A DNA stretch of 64,000 nt from a virus (IMGVR_UViG_3300021255_000060:62961-126960); one strand, 5' to 3'. Positions 39,468 to 49,085 are shown, counted from the stretch's first letter. Program-made: numbers and translations. The notes: a model not told the origin generated them from the sequence alone.

Positions 39468-39902
39468 TTAAAGTTCTTCAGGAGATTCTAATTTTTCAAG
39501 ATTGTATTTACCATTAGTTGTACGGAATACAACATCGTTAAGAGTATCAATATAGATGTAATCATCATAACAGAAGAAGACAAGAACTACTTTATTAATG
39601 CAACCATCAACTTTGTTTGCATAACGTTCATCACCACCAGTTGCAAAGATCAACTGTTTGATAATATCAATTTCTTCCTGATTTTTAGGAATACAAACCA
39701 ATACACGATTTTCAGAATTTCCACAATTAAAGATAGCCTCTTCATCAGCATCTTTAATTGCCATTTCTTTTACTCGACCTTTGAGTACTCCTACTGCACT
39801 TTTATCATATTTTTCACATTCGGTACGATCATCGAATTCTGTACCATCTGCTGCCACATATACAGTTTTATATGACAGCTGTTCAATTTTCTTTTCTTTC
39901 AT
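39468..39902 (-). CDS. hypothetical protein
   Basis: 144-aa ORF. Confidence 0.3.
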   Translation of the reverse strand: MKEKKIEQLSYKTVYVAADGTEFDDRTECEKYDKSAVGVLKGRVKEMAIKDADEEAIFNCGNSENRVLVCIPKNQEEIDIIKQLIFATGGDERYANKVDGCINKVVLVFFCYDDYIYIDTLNDVVFRTTNGKYNLEKLESPEEL

Positions 39903-39904
39903 AT

Positions 39905-40144
39905 TTATTCAGATTCAGGGTTCCACATTGGAGCAGTAATACCTCCCTTCTTAGCAGAAGAGACAAGATCCTGATGAAGAGTTGCAGATTTAACATCTAC
40001 ATGCTTTCCATCAATAAAGAAGCCACGATTTGTCTGGACAAGAATTCCAGGAACAAACTTATGGGAAGGATAACGCTTATAGAAGCGTTCATTATGACGA
40101 ACAGTTTTGTTCGAAACTACAGAGTAAAGATTGTAAAGTTTCAT
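39905..40144 (-). CDS. hypothetical basic protein
   Basis: 79-aa ORF. Confidence 0.3.
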   Translation of the reverse strand: MKLYNLYSVVSNKTVRHNERFYKRYPSHKFVPGILVQTNRGFFIDGKHVDVKSATLHQDLVSSAKKGGITAPMWNPESE

Positions 40145-40261
40145 AATTTATTATGATTTAAGATTGGATACACTTTATAAGTAAAATGTAATTGAAAACT
40201 TTAATTGATACTTAGATTAAACAATAAATGATAGTTTTTCTAATTTTAATTGTAAGTATCA

Positions 40262-40545
40262 GATAGTACCCAAGTGCAGTAATGAACTGCTTACTCCCAG
40301 TAAAATCCGGGGCTTCATCAATAAAAGCCTACTTGGGTATGGTCGTTCTGGTCACCACCCAGAACTTTGATTTTATGTCGGTAAAATCACAAAACCCGAA
40401 AAGACTCCCAATATCGATCTTACAGCGTTCCTATGCTTCTCGTTGTAGGCACGGTTGTTTTGGGTTAAACAACAACCCGATCCCTTTGTGGTGTTTAGGC
40501 TGGATCGATTGCCTAACTATTTTTGTGAATGTATATACCAAGATT
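40262..40545 (-). ncRNA. GC-richer ORF-free structured region (candidate ncRNA), flanked 3' by the ACTTACAA motif
   Basis: Long-range complementarity ACCCAAGT..ACTTGGGT. Only a spurious plus-strand ORF (40282..40554) covers it. No tRNA cloverleaf could be drawn. Confidence 0.3.
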
Positions 40546-40692
40546 AAACGGTAAGAGAATTGGAGCAAAAATAAGTGCTAAAACAATTCCACCGAGTATA
40601 ATCCAAGCATTTTCTTCATCAGTATCTGTTATATATCCAGACATGAAGAAAACGCTAAATAAATAATAAAATATGAAAAAAAGTGTAATCAT
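40513..40692 (-). CDS. small membrane protein
   Basis: MITLFFIFYYLFSVFFMSG... The listed ORF 40513..40752 has an N-terminal extension that is a translation of tRNA-Leu sequence. Confidence 0.3.
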   Translation of the reverse strand: MITLFFIFYYLFSVFFMSGYITDTDEENAWIILGGIVLALIFAPILLPFNLGIYIHKNS

Positions 40693-40709
40693 AATAAAAA
40701 TGTTTTTAG

Positions 40710-40795
40710 TAGCCCCGACTGGACTTGAACCAGCACGGACCTTGCGGTCCAAGGGATTTTAAGTCCCTCATGTCTACCTATTCCATCACGAGGCC
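40710..40795 (-). tRNA. tRNA-Leu (UAA), class II
   Basis: Anticodon arm AGGGA-CTTAAAA-TCCCT. Variable arm TGGACC-GCAA-GGTCC. T-arm GCTGG-TTCAAGT-CCAGT. Acceptor GGCCTCG/CGGGGCT. Confidence 0.55.
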
Positions 40796-40802
40796 GTAAA
40801 TA

Positions 40803-41078
40803 CTAATATACTTTCTTACCAGTTAATTTTTCAAACCAGTTTTTCCAGTAATCGTATTGTTGATCATTAACTAATTTTATGAATTTCATTAGATTTTCTT
40901 CACTTGGAAACCAAGGAAATACTCCATCTCTAGAATACTCACAAGCCAATCCAGACTGTTCTGCAAGAGAATGTAAATCTACTTCATCTGTAGTAAAAGG
41001 ATGACCTGATGATTCTTCTATTAGATAGTAACCTTTCCATTCCTTTATTATTTTGCATTCTTTACCTAATAGTCGCAT
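40803..41078 (-). CDS. hypothetical protein, paralogue pair member 1
   Basis: ..GYYLIEESSGHPF..GVFPWFPSEENLMKFIKLVND..YWKNWFEK. Confidence 0.35.
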   Translation of the reverse strand: MRLLGKECKIIKEWKGYYLIEESSGHPFTTDEVDLHSLAEQSGLACEYSRDGVFPWFPSEENLMKFIKLVNDQQYDYWKNWFEKLTGKKVY

Positions 41079-41373
41079 TTTCTTTTACTTTATCCCAGAT
41101 TTCCTTTCCAAACTTCTCTTCAAAATATTTATCCCAATATGTAACCATATCTGGGGCATTGTTTAGAAGATTTATAAATTTGAGAATTGATTCTTCATCT
41201 TTGATCCATGGAAATATTCCACCTTCAGCACCTTTCCAACCATTTACAACTGCAATTTCTTCAAGATCTAAAGTTGGATGTACAAAAGATCCACGTGAAT
41301 CATCATCATAGAGATAGTATCCTCCACTACCTCTTCTAATTTCGCAATTCTTTCCGCATACTATCATAATCAA
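41062..41373 (-). CDS. hypothetical protein, paralogue pair member 2
   Basis: ..GYYLYDDDSRGSF..GIFPWIKDEESILKFINLLNN..YWDKYFEE. Confidence 0.35.
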   Translation of the reverse strand: MIMIVCGKNCEIRRGSGGYYLYDDDSRGSFVHPTLDLEEIAVVNGWKGAEGGIFPWIKDEESILKFINLLNNAPDMVTYWDKYFEEKFGKEIWDKVKENATIR

Positions 41374-41623
41374 ACAATTCTATAATTTCTGCATCAAGAT
41401 ATTTAGTAAATTCTTCTTGATGTTCCACTTCAAAATAATACGGAGATCTCTCTGCTACATCTAAAAAGAGATAGTGAATCTGAGAATCTCGAATGTAATT
41501 AATTTGAAGTGTACGCTTCATTGGTTTAAACTTATTCTGATTCAAACCAATACCGATTCCTGTAATAAAACTAAGAATCAGTACTGCTATCATCACTACT
41601 AGATTGAATACTTTGGAGCTCAT
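41336..41623 (-). CDS. membrane-anchored hypothetical protein
   Basis: 95-aa ORF with an N-terminal TM helix. Confidence 0.3.
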   Translation of the reverse strand: MSSKVFNLVVMIAVLILSFITGIGIGLNQNKFKPMKRTLQINYIRDSQIHYLFLDVAERSPYYFEVEHQEEFTKYLDAEIIELFDYDSMRKELRN

Positions 41624-41903
41624 TGTATATTCTTTCTATATCTTTTCTTTGATTAGATGAAAGAGAAGAGATCTTCTCCTGAATTCTGTAATATTCATTG
41701 GCTAAAGAGAAATAAGTAAGATTATACTTAGGTTTCTTTTTAGCAATTACAAAAATAAGATAATCCGATGCTGAAATAAGAGGGAGATGTGCATACTTCT
41801 CCTTAAGCTCATCTAATGTGATGAGTTCAGAATCTTTCGTAATTTCAGTCGGATTTAATTCTGTATCATACAGAACAAATTCTTTGTTTACTAATGCTAG
41901 CAT
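41571..41903 (-). CDS. hypothetical protein
   Basis: 110-aa ORF. Confidence 0.3.
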   Translation of the reverse strand: MLALVNKEFVLYDTELNPTEITKDSELITLDELKEKYAHLPLISASDYLIFVIAKKKPKYNLTYFSLANEYYRIQEKISSLSSNQRKDIERIYNELQSIQSSSDDSSTDS

Positions 41904-42032
41904 AGCATACGATGATCAAGTGGAACACCAGCATTTACTTTACAAGGAAAAAGTCTAACTCTTTTCTGCTTTTTTACTTGTCCGTTTTTGTCAATAATTT
42001 CAATTTCTTCAGTACGAAGGATGGAGATGTTT

Positions 42033-42407
42033 CTAGTTTTCATATTTAAAGATATATGTTATTGAAATGTCACTATAATCAATATAAATTTGATTGTTAT
42101 TTTCTGCATGGAATTCAAATCGAATAGTTACTCTTTTACCATTTTTGTCTATTCCTTTATATGCTACTCGAATTGAATTTTGAAGTTCCTTTTGATATAT
42201 AAGGTCTAAGACAATATAAACTTGTTTTGAAGAAGAATATATTTCTATAACTTTGTCTTTTATGTCCAATTTCAGATTTGATTCTTTCCAATCAGACCAA
42301 TAATATTCTGTATCTGTTATAACTGCTGTATTAAATGCAGTAGTTCTATATTGTGCAAATGCAGATATAGAAATAAAAATTGCTAAAATAGCAAAAATGT
42401 GTTTCAT
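42033..42407 (-). CDS. secreted protein
   Basis: Signal peptide MKHIFAILAIFISISAFA. Confidence 0.3.
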   Translation of the reverse strand: MKHIFAILAIFISISAFAQYRTTAFNTAVITDTEYYWSDWKESNLKLDIKDKVIEIYSSSKQVYIVLDLIYQKELQNSIRVAYKGIDKNGKRVTIRFEFHAENNNQIYIDYSDISITYIFKYEN

Positions 42408-42664
42408 AATCTTTGTATTTGATGCATTAATGTTGTAATGTCGTCTTCAGAACAATATCCAATATTATCATCTGAAATTCTTTGATCAATGACTGGAACA
42501 TTATTCCTAAGAAGTTCTAGTTCGTAAGGAAGTTCTTTGTTTGTTGCAGAAGAACGATAGTATATGTTTACTCCAAATCCATTTGGAAAATTCAATGTTG
42601 CTTTTGCTGGTTTTCCTTCAGAAAATTTAAGATCTGAGAATGAAAGAAACTTTCTTTTTGGCAT
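42404..42664 (-). CDS. hypothetical protein
   Basis: 86-aa ORF, first gene after the divergent region. Confidence 0.3.
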   Translation of the reverse strand: MPKRKFLSFSDLKFSEGKPAKATLNFPNGFGVNIYYRSSATNKELPYELELLRNNVPVIDQRISDDNIGYCSEDDITTLMHQIQRL

Positions 42665-42904
42665 GGCAGATATATATTTTAATGGGTAGATTGGGATTTT
42701 GAGAGTTGGAAGAATTGGAGAGGATTGGAGAGGAAAGGAGAGTGTCCCAAAGCCTATCCAATGTCGATCAACCCAAAAATTCAGCTACAAAGATAGCATG
42801 AATTTTTTAAATTTCCAAAAAATAAAATGATAATTTTTAATCTTAAAAATCTATAATTAGAATAGAAGGGGTAACTATTTAACTTATTGAAAATCAATAT
42901 TTTA

Positions 42905-42975
42905 ACCCTATTTTTTGATTCACCTGTGAACCTTTTTGAGTCATCTATGACCCCTTTTGATTCATCTGTGATTCA
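42905..42975. repeat. iteron-like tandem direct repeats, set 1 (about 20 nt x3)
   Basis: TCACCTGTGAACCTTTTTGA / TCATCTATGACCCCTTTTGA / TCATCTGTGATTCAAAAG. Confidence 0.5.
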
Positions 42976-43079
42976 AAAGTTGCAAAAATTTGCAACAAAA
43001 TTTTTTTATGACCCAATGGCGAAGCCATTAAGTATAGTTCCTTTTATTTATTTTATATAGTTCGTGTCCTTTTTTGGCG

Positions 43080-43150
43080 CGAACCTATACCGTTTTTGTC
43101 GTCAACCTATGTCATTTTTGTCGTCAACCTATACCGTTTTTGTCGCGGCA
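43080..43150. repeat. iteron-like tandem direct repeats, set 2 (22 nt x3)
   Basis: AACCTATACCGTTTTTGTCGTC / AACCTATGTCATTTTTGTCGTC / AACCTATACCGTTTTTGTCGCG. Confidence 0.55.
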
Positions 43151-43227
43151 GTCCAATTTTTCAAAACTGGTGTAAAATTTGGACATGTTATTTTTTATTA
43201 TTATATTTGTAAAAATAAAAATAATGT

Positions 43228-43962
43228 ATGGAAGAACAAAAAACTAAACAACATGTACAAGTACCAAATCCAAAACAAAACGATGGTACTAAACTTAAAT
43301 CAATTGATTATCTTATATATGCAAATATAAGACGCTTTATGAATAAAGAAACGATGTCTTGCTATCCATCAATAGATACAATTGCATCCGTATCTAATTG
43401 TAATAGGAAAACTGTAATGGCATCGATTAAGAGATTAGAAGAATTGAATATGCTAACTACAATTAAAAGAAAAGGGGCTTCTACTATTTATAAGTTTGAT
43501 AAATTGAATAAATTTGAAATGTTTACTCCAGAATTCTTAGATAATGAAGATATGACTCCTGAAGAAAAAGCATATCTAATTGGATTGCAATCACAATCTT
43601 ATAAAAATGAGGATTATGCTGTAACTACATATAGTAATACAGAATTATCTGAAAATTTAAACATTCCTATTAGAAATATTCAAAGATACAATAAGTCTCT
43701 TAAAGAAAAAGAAATTATGATGGAAATAGATACGCAAATCAAAGATGAAGCTGGATTTAATGTACCTGCTAAAGCTGTAGATTTGCATAAGATTGGGCAA
43801 GCAATTCTCTTTATAAGTAAAAGAGTAGATGATCATGAAGATCGTATTACCAGATTAGAGAAAATGATAGATCTTCTTAGTAAAGAAAATAAATCTCTTA
43901 AAAAAGAAAATGAACTTCTTAAAACATCTAAAACTGTAGAACCAATCAACATTGATTTCTAA
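43228..43962 (+). CDS. replication initiator / replisome-organiser-like protein (N-terminal winged-HTH) with a C-terminal coiled coil
   Basis: ETMSCYPSIDTIASVSNCNRKTVMASIKRLEELNMLTT is typical of the DnaD / phage replication-O / RepA HTH. Preceded by two iteron arrays. Intact ORF with no TGA. Confidence 0.45.
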   Translation: MEEQKTKQHVQVPNPKQNDGTKLKSIDYLIYANIRRFMNKETMSCYPSIDTIASVSNCNRKTVMASIKRLEELNMLTTIKRKGASTIYKFDKLNKFEMFTPEFLDNEDMTPEEKAYLIGLQSQSYKNEDYAVTTYSNTELSENLNIPIRNIQRYNKSLKEKEIMMEIDTQIKDEAGFNVPAKAVDLHKIGQAILFISKRVDDHEDRITRLEKMIDLLSKENKSLKKENELLKTSKTVEPINIDF

Positions 43963-43971
43963 AAAAATAAT

Positions 43972-44005
43972 CCCCAGCGACCTTCACAGGTGGCCGGGGA
44001 TTTTT
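43972..44005 (+). terminator. rho-independent terminator
   Basis: AATCCCCAGCGACC..GGTGGCCGGGGATTTTTAATT directly after the stop codon. Confidence 0.45.
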
Positions 44006-45100
44006 AATTATTGAGTCCGCAAAAACTAATATTTCATTTTAATGGATTACGGACATCCTTTGCACTTTTATATGGAAACTAACAAAATCTTTCAGTCTCA
44101 ATGAAACTGCAACACTTAGTACTCGATAGCCGATTCAAACAGCTGTTTCCGACTGGAGAAGTCGATGTCCTAGATCGCTAGACGAATCGAGCATATTTTA
44201 TCACTTGGTATCTTTGTCAAGATCCATAATGTGTTTGGATACAACATGCCCATATGAAATGACATGCGAATAATTTCGATTTACAGTCTGTTTGTAAACC
44301 GGATTTGGATTGAATTGTTTGGTTGTTTTCTTGAGTCCCATATAAATTTTGATTTGGATTTTTCTCTTTATCTGTTGCCCTGAGCGTAGCGAAGGGCTTA
44401 TATAAAAACTGGAGAACACACTAAACTCCAGTTATATACACTCTGAAAACCACTACCTATGACAAAGAACGCTGTGTGTTTTTACTTTGCACCTGGGCAA
44501 ACGATCAAGTTCACCCAGGCATAACTACTACTAACCGGATTGGAGGACTCCCTAGAGATAACAGAGCCGTATGTTATCAATCCTTGAACTCGTTTCACCT
44601 TAAACTGTCTAGGGACAGGCGTACAACCAGTTCTATTGTACGACTACGGAATAGTTTTATCACCGTTTATGCCACTCCCAACGACCCTGGCTTTGTATGG
44701 ATCTTACAAACTCTTTACTATGTCCATCAGTTCATAAAGAGCGGGTGACCAGTCCATCAAAAAACACAAGACGCGACCCTTGTGTAGTCAAGATTTTAAA
44801 AACCATATGGGCAGTTCATTCTCCTTATATGAACTGGTGTTCCCTTAAATCTTGGATAATGGAGTTACCCTATTTAGTACTAAATTAAGGAGTAGTACCA
44901 TCTCCTATTGACCTTATGCAGGTATTATAAGCCCTCCGGTTTCTAAATAAATGTCTCATCTTTAAATGAGACCCATGATGAAATACTTGTCATCTATTAG
45001 ATGGAGAACTCAAAATCCAGTACAAGTATTCCATTTGTTGGCATTTTTAATTCGGAGGGTACCGGCATTGGATAGTAAATAATCACCGTACAAGCGACCT
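44006..45100. other. 1.1-kb ORF-free convergent intergenic region rich in hairpins (candidate ncRNA or cis element)
   Basis: Hairpins GCCCTGAGCGTAGCGAAGGGC, CTGGAG..CTCCAG, CCTGGGCAAACGATCAAGTTCACCCAGG, GTACAACCAGTTCTATTGTAC and TCTCATCTTTAAATGAGA. Only short spurious ORFs. Confidence 0.3.
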
Positions 45101-45118
45101 CATACGGTGATTATAAAA

Positions 45119-45688
45119 CTATTCGGTAGGTCCAACATACTCGCTGATGAGGACAACTTTTTGCTTCTTTACAGCGGGTTCACTTACCTGCTTGCCATCT
45201 TTGATTACAGGGTTACCTGCATCATCGAATACATCGGTATAGATTCGATTCCCATCAGCATCAAATGCAGGAACATCGATTTCGATAGTACCAGCACCAG
45301 TGATTTCACCGACAGCAGCAAGAGCCTTCAGGCGAGCGAGATTGTTACCAAGGTCATACCAGGTAGGATTCACAGGCGTGTTGTTAGCATCACGCTTTGA
45401 AAGTGCAGGCAGACCGAACCAAGTAGCCTTCTTACGGCCATTGTATTCGGATTCACATTTCACAATGTGATAGCCAGCCTTCTGACCTTTACGAACTGCG
45501 ACCCATTCAACTTCCATGTCCTCGAATTTAGGGAACCGAAGGGTCTCACCTTCACGAATAGTGTAAGTGTCAAAATTTACACCATCATTCTGCAGGGCAT
45601 TAAGGTTAGTGACGCGTTTGTGCTCACGTGCATTCTGCCCAGTAGTGCCAAAGATAGGCACCTCAACGTTAATCTTTTCAATATTCAT
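45119..45688 (-). CDS. hypothetical protein (first gene of the GC-rich island)
   Basis: 189-aa intact ORF ending TAG. Preceded 3' by the hairpin ACCGTACAAGCGACCTCATACGGT. Confidence 0.35.
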   Translation of the reverse strand: MNIEKINVEVPIFGTTGQNAREHKRVTNLNALQNDGVNFDTYTIREGETLRFPKFEDMEVEWVAVRKGQKAGYHIVKCESEYNGRKKATWFGLPALSKRDANNTPVNPTWYDLGNNLARLKALAAVGEITGAGTIEIDVPAFDADGNRIYTDVFDDAGNPVIKDGKQVSEPAVKKQKVVLISEYVGPTE

Positions 45689-45778
45689 ATTCTTTAATTG
45701 AGCATTTAGTTGCTCTTCCAGTATGGGTGCTTGGTCTTAGTTAAATTAAGAAAAAAATAAGGGTAGCCGAAGCCACCC

Positions 45779-46003
45779 TTACTTGATAAGACGGAGAGAG
45801 AACAACTCTCCATCCTTGCAAACAAACCAGCGATAGTGCCATCTTTGGATGAAACCCTCGCTGTTCTCAATAGTAGAACCATCCTCCATTGCTAGAAGAT
45901 CCTCGTTGTCTTCCTCACGGATAGCATAAGTAGGCACATCAAACGTGTCTCCGTCCACAGTAATCATGAACGGAGACATCTTGATGTCAGTAGTGTACCG
46001 CAT
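45779..46003 (-). CDS. hypothetical protein (GC-rich island)
   Basis: 74-aa ORF. Confidence 0.25.
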   Translation of the reverse strand: MRYTTDIKMSPFMITVDGDTFDVPTYAIREEDNEDLLAMEDGSTIENSEGFIQRWHYRWFVCKDGELFSLRLIK

Positions 46004-46533
46004 TACTCCGGATTGACAGAGATTGCGGCAATAAAGATTTTGCGAAGGCGGTCAGTACGATGAACCTTGCCCTCAGAATCTGTCTCAAAGACAGGCTGAT
46101 GGGCCTCGAAGAGGTCATCACACTTGATACTTCCAATCTGGCAGAGCTTGATGAAGCGCTGCAGATCAGTTGCCATCATCGCCAACTCGCAATTGAGCGG
46201 CCGAACAGACTCATCATAGAAGGAGTCAAGTTCTCCTTCTCCTGACGGAATTCTGCGGAATGTAGAGATAGGGATCTCCACAAACCGCTTTCTCTGGACA
46301 GAATAGCCAGAGATGTACAGGACTTCTGCTCCTTTGAATTCCTTCACGAACGGAAAAGCCTCCTCCTCTTTAGGGAAGATGATTTCCTCGTCCTTCCGGA
46401 ATGAGAAGGCGAGTCCACGGCCTTCGCCAAGTTTTGCAATCTTGGCGTTCTTCTTTGCATCAGCAAGAGACACGCCCTTGTTGTTGCGAATCTGGTTCTC
46501 CTTCGAAAAGGAGATTTCACTACGATTGATCAT
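46003..46533 (-). CDS. hypothetical protein (GC-rich island)
   Basis: 176-aa ORF ending TAA. Confidence 0.3.
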   Translation of the reverse strand: MINRSEISFSKENQIRNNKGVSLADAKKNAKIAKLGEGRGLAFSFRKDEEIIFPKEEEAFPFVKEFKGAEVLYISGYSVQRKRFVEIPISTFRRIPSGEGELDSFYDESVRPLNCELAMMATDLQRFIKLCQIGSIKCDDLFEAHQPVFETDSEGKVHRTDRLRKIFIAAISVNPE

Positions 46534-46597
46534 GTTGCGATGTGTTTATTGAACCTTGTAAACTCCTATCAAGAGAATCTAAGCAAACCTGTTAAGA

Positions 46598-46855
46598 CTA
46601 GATGGCTTGACCATTGCAGTCAAACATCTTCTTCTTGAAGCCAAAATCCCAGACGATCTTGGCAACAACGATCCAGTTACGGCCAATGCCGCGAGAATCG
46701 AGTCTCTCAACAATTTGGAAATCCGCATCCGGATGTTCCGTCATGTAGAGAAGATTCTCGTTGGTGATGAACGCGTGTTCACCATTGCACAGGCGAACAA
46801 CGAAGGAGCAGCGGCATGCGCGCTCAACTTTAAAAGGAAGGTTGTAATTGAACAT
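46598..46855 (-). CDS. hypothetical protein (GC-rich island)
   Basis: 85-aa ORF. Confidence 0.25.
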   Translation of the reverse strand: MFNYNLPFKVERACRCSFVVRLCNGEHAFITNENLLYMTEHPDADFQIVERLDSRGIGRNWIVVAKIVWDFGFKKKMFDCNGQAI

Positions 46856-47039
46856 CGTTAGATAGTTTTGTGGTTGAACATTTTCCCAGTGATCTCCGAA
46901 TGACGGAAATCGTTAGGACTTGAATAATTTGTCTTGCGAAGGCTCATGAAGATGCCTTCTTTGCGCATGTCGCGCATTGCAGCCTTATAGGCCGCATTGG
47001 TGGATTTTGTGTGCATAATATAAGTAAATAATGGTTGAG

Positions 47040-47107
47040 AGTCCTACCGCAGAATCGAACTGCGGTTTACTCCAAGGAGCTGTTCTAGCCATCTGAACTA
47101 GTAGGAC
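47040..47107 (-). ncRNA. tRNA-like element lacking a normal anticodon arm
   Basis: Acceptor GTCCTAC/GTAGGAC. D-arm GTTC-AGATGGCTA-GAAC. T-arm CGCAG-TTCGATT-CTGCG. Only a short GCTCC-TTG-GAGT hairpin sits where the anticodon arm should be. Confidence 0.3.
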
Positions 47108-47138
47108 TTACAGATCTTCAGTTTGAAGAGGTTTCAAG

Positions 47139-47456
47139 CTAATAATAACTTGGTTTAAACTCTTCTCTGAACTGGAGATTTATGCGGAATTCGTCATATT
47201 CCAGGAGTTTTACTCCAAATACATAACGATGACTAACTGTCTCCGCAGGATTCTCCACAGACATTAATATTGATCCACAAATGGCATCAATACTATTAAT
47301 CTTAACAGATTTCCAATCCATCATTGAAGTGATGGCATTCTCGATATCAGGAAGCATATCCTGAAGAATCTGTTTTCTCTGTTCAAGCAGAGCTTTAATC
47401 TGCTTTTGCGTGTCTTTAAATTCTAAGACTTTTGTTGAATACGGCATATTTAGCAA
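47139..47456 (-). CDS. hypothetical protein (GC-rich island)
   Basis: 105-aa ORF. Confidence 0.25.
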   Translation of the reverse strand: MLNMPYSTKVLEFKDTQKQIKALLEQRKQILQDMLPDIENAITSMMDWKSVKINSIDAICGSILMSVENPAETVSHRYVFGVKLLEYDEFRINLQFREEFKPSYY

Positions 47457-47779
47457 ATATTAAACGATTCGACATCATAGAATGCGTGATGATAAGGTTC
47501 ACACGAAACATTGAAGTTTCGCATGATTTCTTTATTATCGCATACATAATCAGGACCAAGAATTACTTTAAGTTTCTTGTGGATGGCATCATACTCAACA
47601 GCACGAATGTCGTTTGAGTATCGGATAGACACATAACCTCTCGAATCATGTATCTCAAAACGAAGTTCACTTATCATGGTTGTATTCAACTGCACGGTTA
47701 TACAAGTATTGCAAATCTTTACCCTCACGAACCCATCCCATTGAAATAGGATACCAAGCCGTTTCCCATTTCTTAGCAA
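47450..47779 (-). CDS. hypothetical protein (GC-rich island; true start may be the internal Met near 47680)
   Basis: 109-aa ORF that overlaps the next gene by 113 nt. Confidence 0.25.
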   Translation of the reverse strand: MLRNGKRLGILFQWDGFVRVKICNTCITVQLNTTMISELRFEIHDSRGYVSIRYSNDIRAVEYDAIHKKLKVILGPDYVCDNKEIMRNFNVSCEPYHHAFYDVESFNIC

Positions 47780-48011
47780 AATCAGGATGCTCTTTAATAG
47801 TTTTCTCTAAATAGAGATACATATAAGCGCATTCGTGATCATAGAGAGTTTTACTAGCAGTAAGTACTGTTTCAAGTGCTTTCTGCAGTTCTTTTGCCGA
47901 ATCGCCAGCAGAATGGCGGCCACGATTACTGAAACCGTTCTTATTAATCCAGTCTTGTATTTCGTACAGACGATTAATAATTGATTCAGGAGTGAAGATC
48001 TGTGTTTTCAT
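47667..48011 (-). CDS. hypothetical protein (GC-rich island), ORF ends at TGA
   Basis: 114-aa ORF. Confidence 0.3.
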   Translation of the reverse strand: MKTQIFTPESIINRLYEIQDWINKNGFSNRGRHSAGDSAKELQKALETVLTASKTLYDHECAYMYLYLEKTIKEHPDFAKKWETAWYPISMGWVREGKDLQYLYNRAVEYNHDK

Positions 48012-48316
48012 TAGAATCGCATTTTAAGTGTTGCACGTTCCTCCTCAAGATAGGTAATGAATTTCTCCTCTACCTTATCCAGAGTATTTCTACACAAAGG
48101 TCCGTTCCAATGATAACTTCCATCAGAATTGACTACGATTGAAGCACCGACATAGCCGATAATAGTATACTGCTTGCGGTTTCTTGCCATCCACTCACAG
48201 ATGGCGTTAACGAGTTCTTCACGCTCTACTTCGAAAGCACGAAGATCCATCTCCAGACCCTTGATCTGAGTCTGGAGATTCTTAATAGTTTGAATGTTAT
48301 TTTTCATATATCCCAA
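48011..48316 (-). CDS. hypothetical coiled-coil protein (GC-rich island)
   Basis: 101-aa ORF. Confidence 0.3.
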   Translation of the reverse strand: MGYMKNNIQTIKNLQTQIKGLEMDLRAFEVEREELVNAICEWMARNRKQYTIIGYVGASIVVNSDGSYHWNGPLCRNTLDKVEEKFITYLEEERATLKMRF

Positions 48317-48552
48317 TAATTATCAGGTATTTCAGAACTTTCAAGTAATTCATACTCAATGTCGCTTTTCAGTTTCTTGAGCATGCTGAGAAGAGCTTCG
48401 CATTCAGCAATTGCATTTCTGCACTGCTTATATGCTCCGCAGAGGTCAGTGCGAGGTTCGCACTCAAGAGACTTGATCACATCTTCGGTGATAAGTCTCT
48501 GATCGGATAGAGTTAATTGTTTCATATTATATGAATTTGGTTTGGCACCCAC
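48304..48552 (-). CDS. hypothetical protein (GC-rich island)
   Basis: 82-aa ORF. Confidence 0.25.
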   Translation of the reverse strand: MGAKPNSYNMKQLTLSDQRLITEDVIKSLECEPRTDLCGAYKQCRNAIAECEALLSMLKKLKSDIEYELLESSEIPDNYWDI

Positions 48553-48604
48553 TCAACCCCATCAGGATTATTACATAGAATTCTACTAAAGTGGGTAAAC
48601 TACA

Positions 48605-48877
48605 TCAGACTCCGAGAGCCTGGAAGATGTTAGCGCATGACTCAGAAGCCATGGGGACAATCCTCTTGCTTCTGAGAGTTGCACGAATTGCAATCATTCT
48701 CTCCAGCTCTTTGGAGAGAAGTTCAATTCTTGTAAAGTTCTTGAACCCATACTGATAGGTCAGAACTTTAACATTGATCTGCTCAGGCTTGAGCTGAGCC
48801 TTCTCACGCATCCTAACGTAAGCGGCTGCAATGAGAACGATGCGTTTTCTCATCTCGCTGTTCTTAACGTGGCACAT
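48605..48877 (-). CDS. hypothetical protein (GC-rich island)
   Basis: 90-aa ORF. Confidence 0.25.
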   Translation of the reverse strand: MCHVKNSEMRKRIVLIAAAYVRMREKAQLKPEQINVKVLTYQYGFKNFTRIELLSKELERMIAIRATLRSKRIVPMASESCANIFQALGV

Positions 48878-49085
48878 AGTCTTAAGCCTTGTTAGAAGTT
48901 AATAATGTAACAGACCCTGCAAGAATGCAAGTAAAGAGGATTACTCCGAAGAATCCAAAGATCTTCAGAAGATACAGACCGAGTGCAGCAATAGCGCAGA
49001 CTCCAAAGAGTCCCAGGATTAATCCCAGGACTCCGAAGATACAAAATAAAAGATCTTTCATGATAAAACGTCTTTAAGAGAAGCC

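Noticed and set aside
42905-43150. CRISPR array
   Set aside because: Only three units per set, 20-22-nt repeats directly abutting with no spacers. Iteron-like, not CRISPR.
43972-44005. tmRNA or tRNA at the GGCCGGGGATT hairpin
   Set aside because: It is a simple stem-loop followed by a T-run after a stop codon, with no cloverleaf. Terminator.
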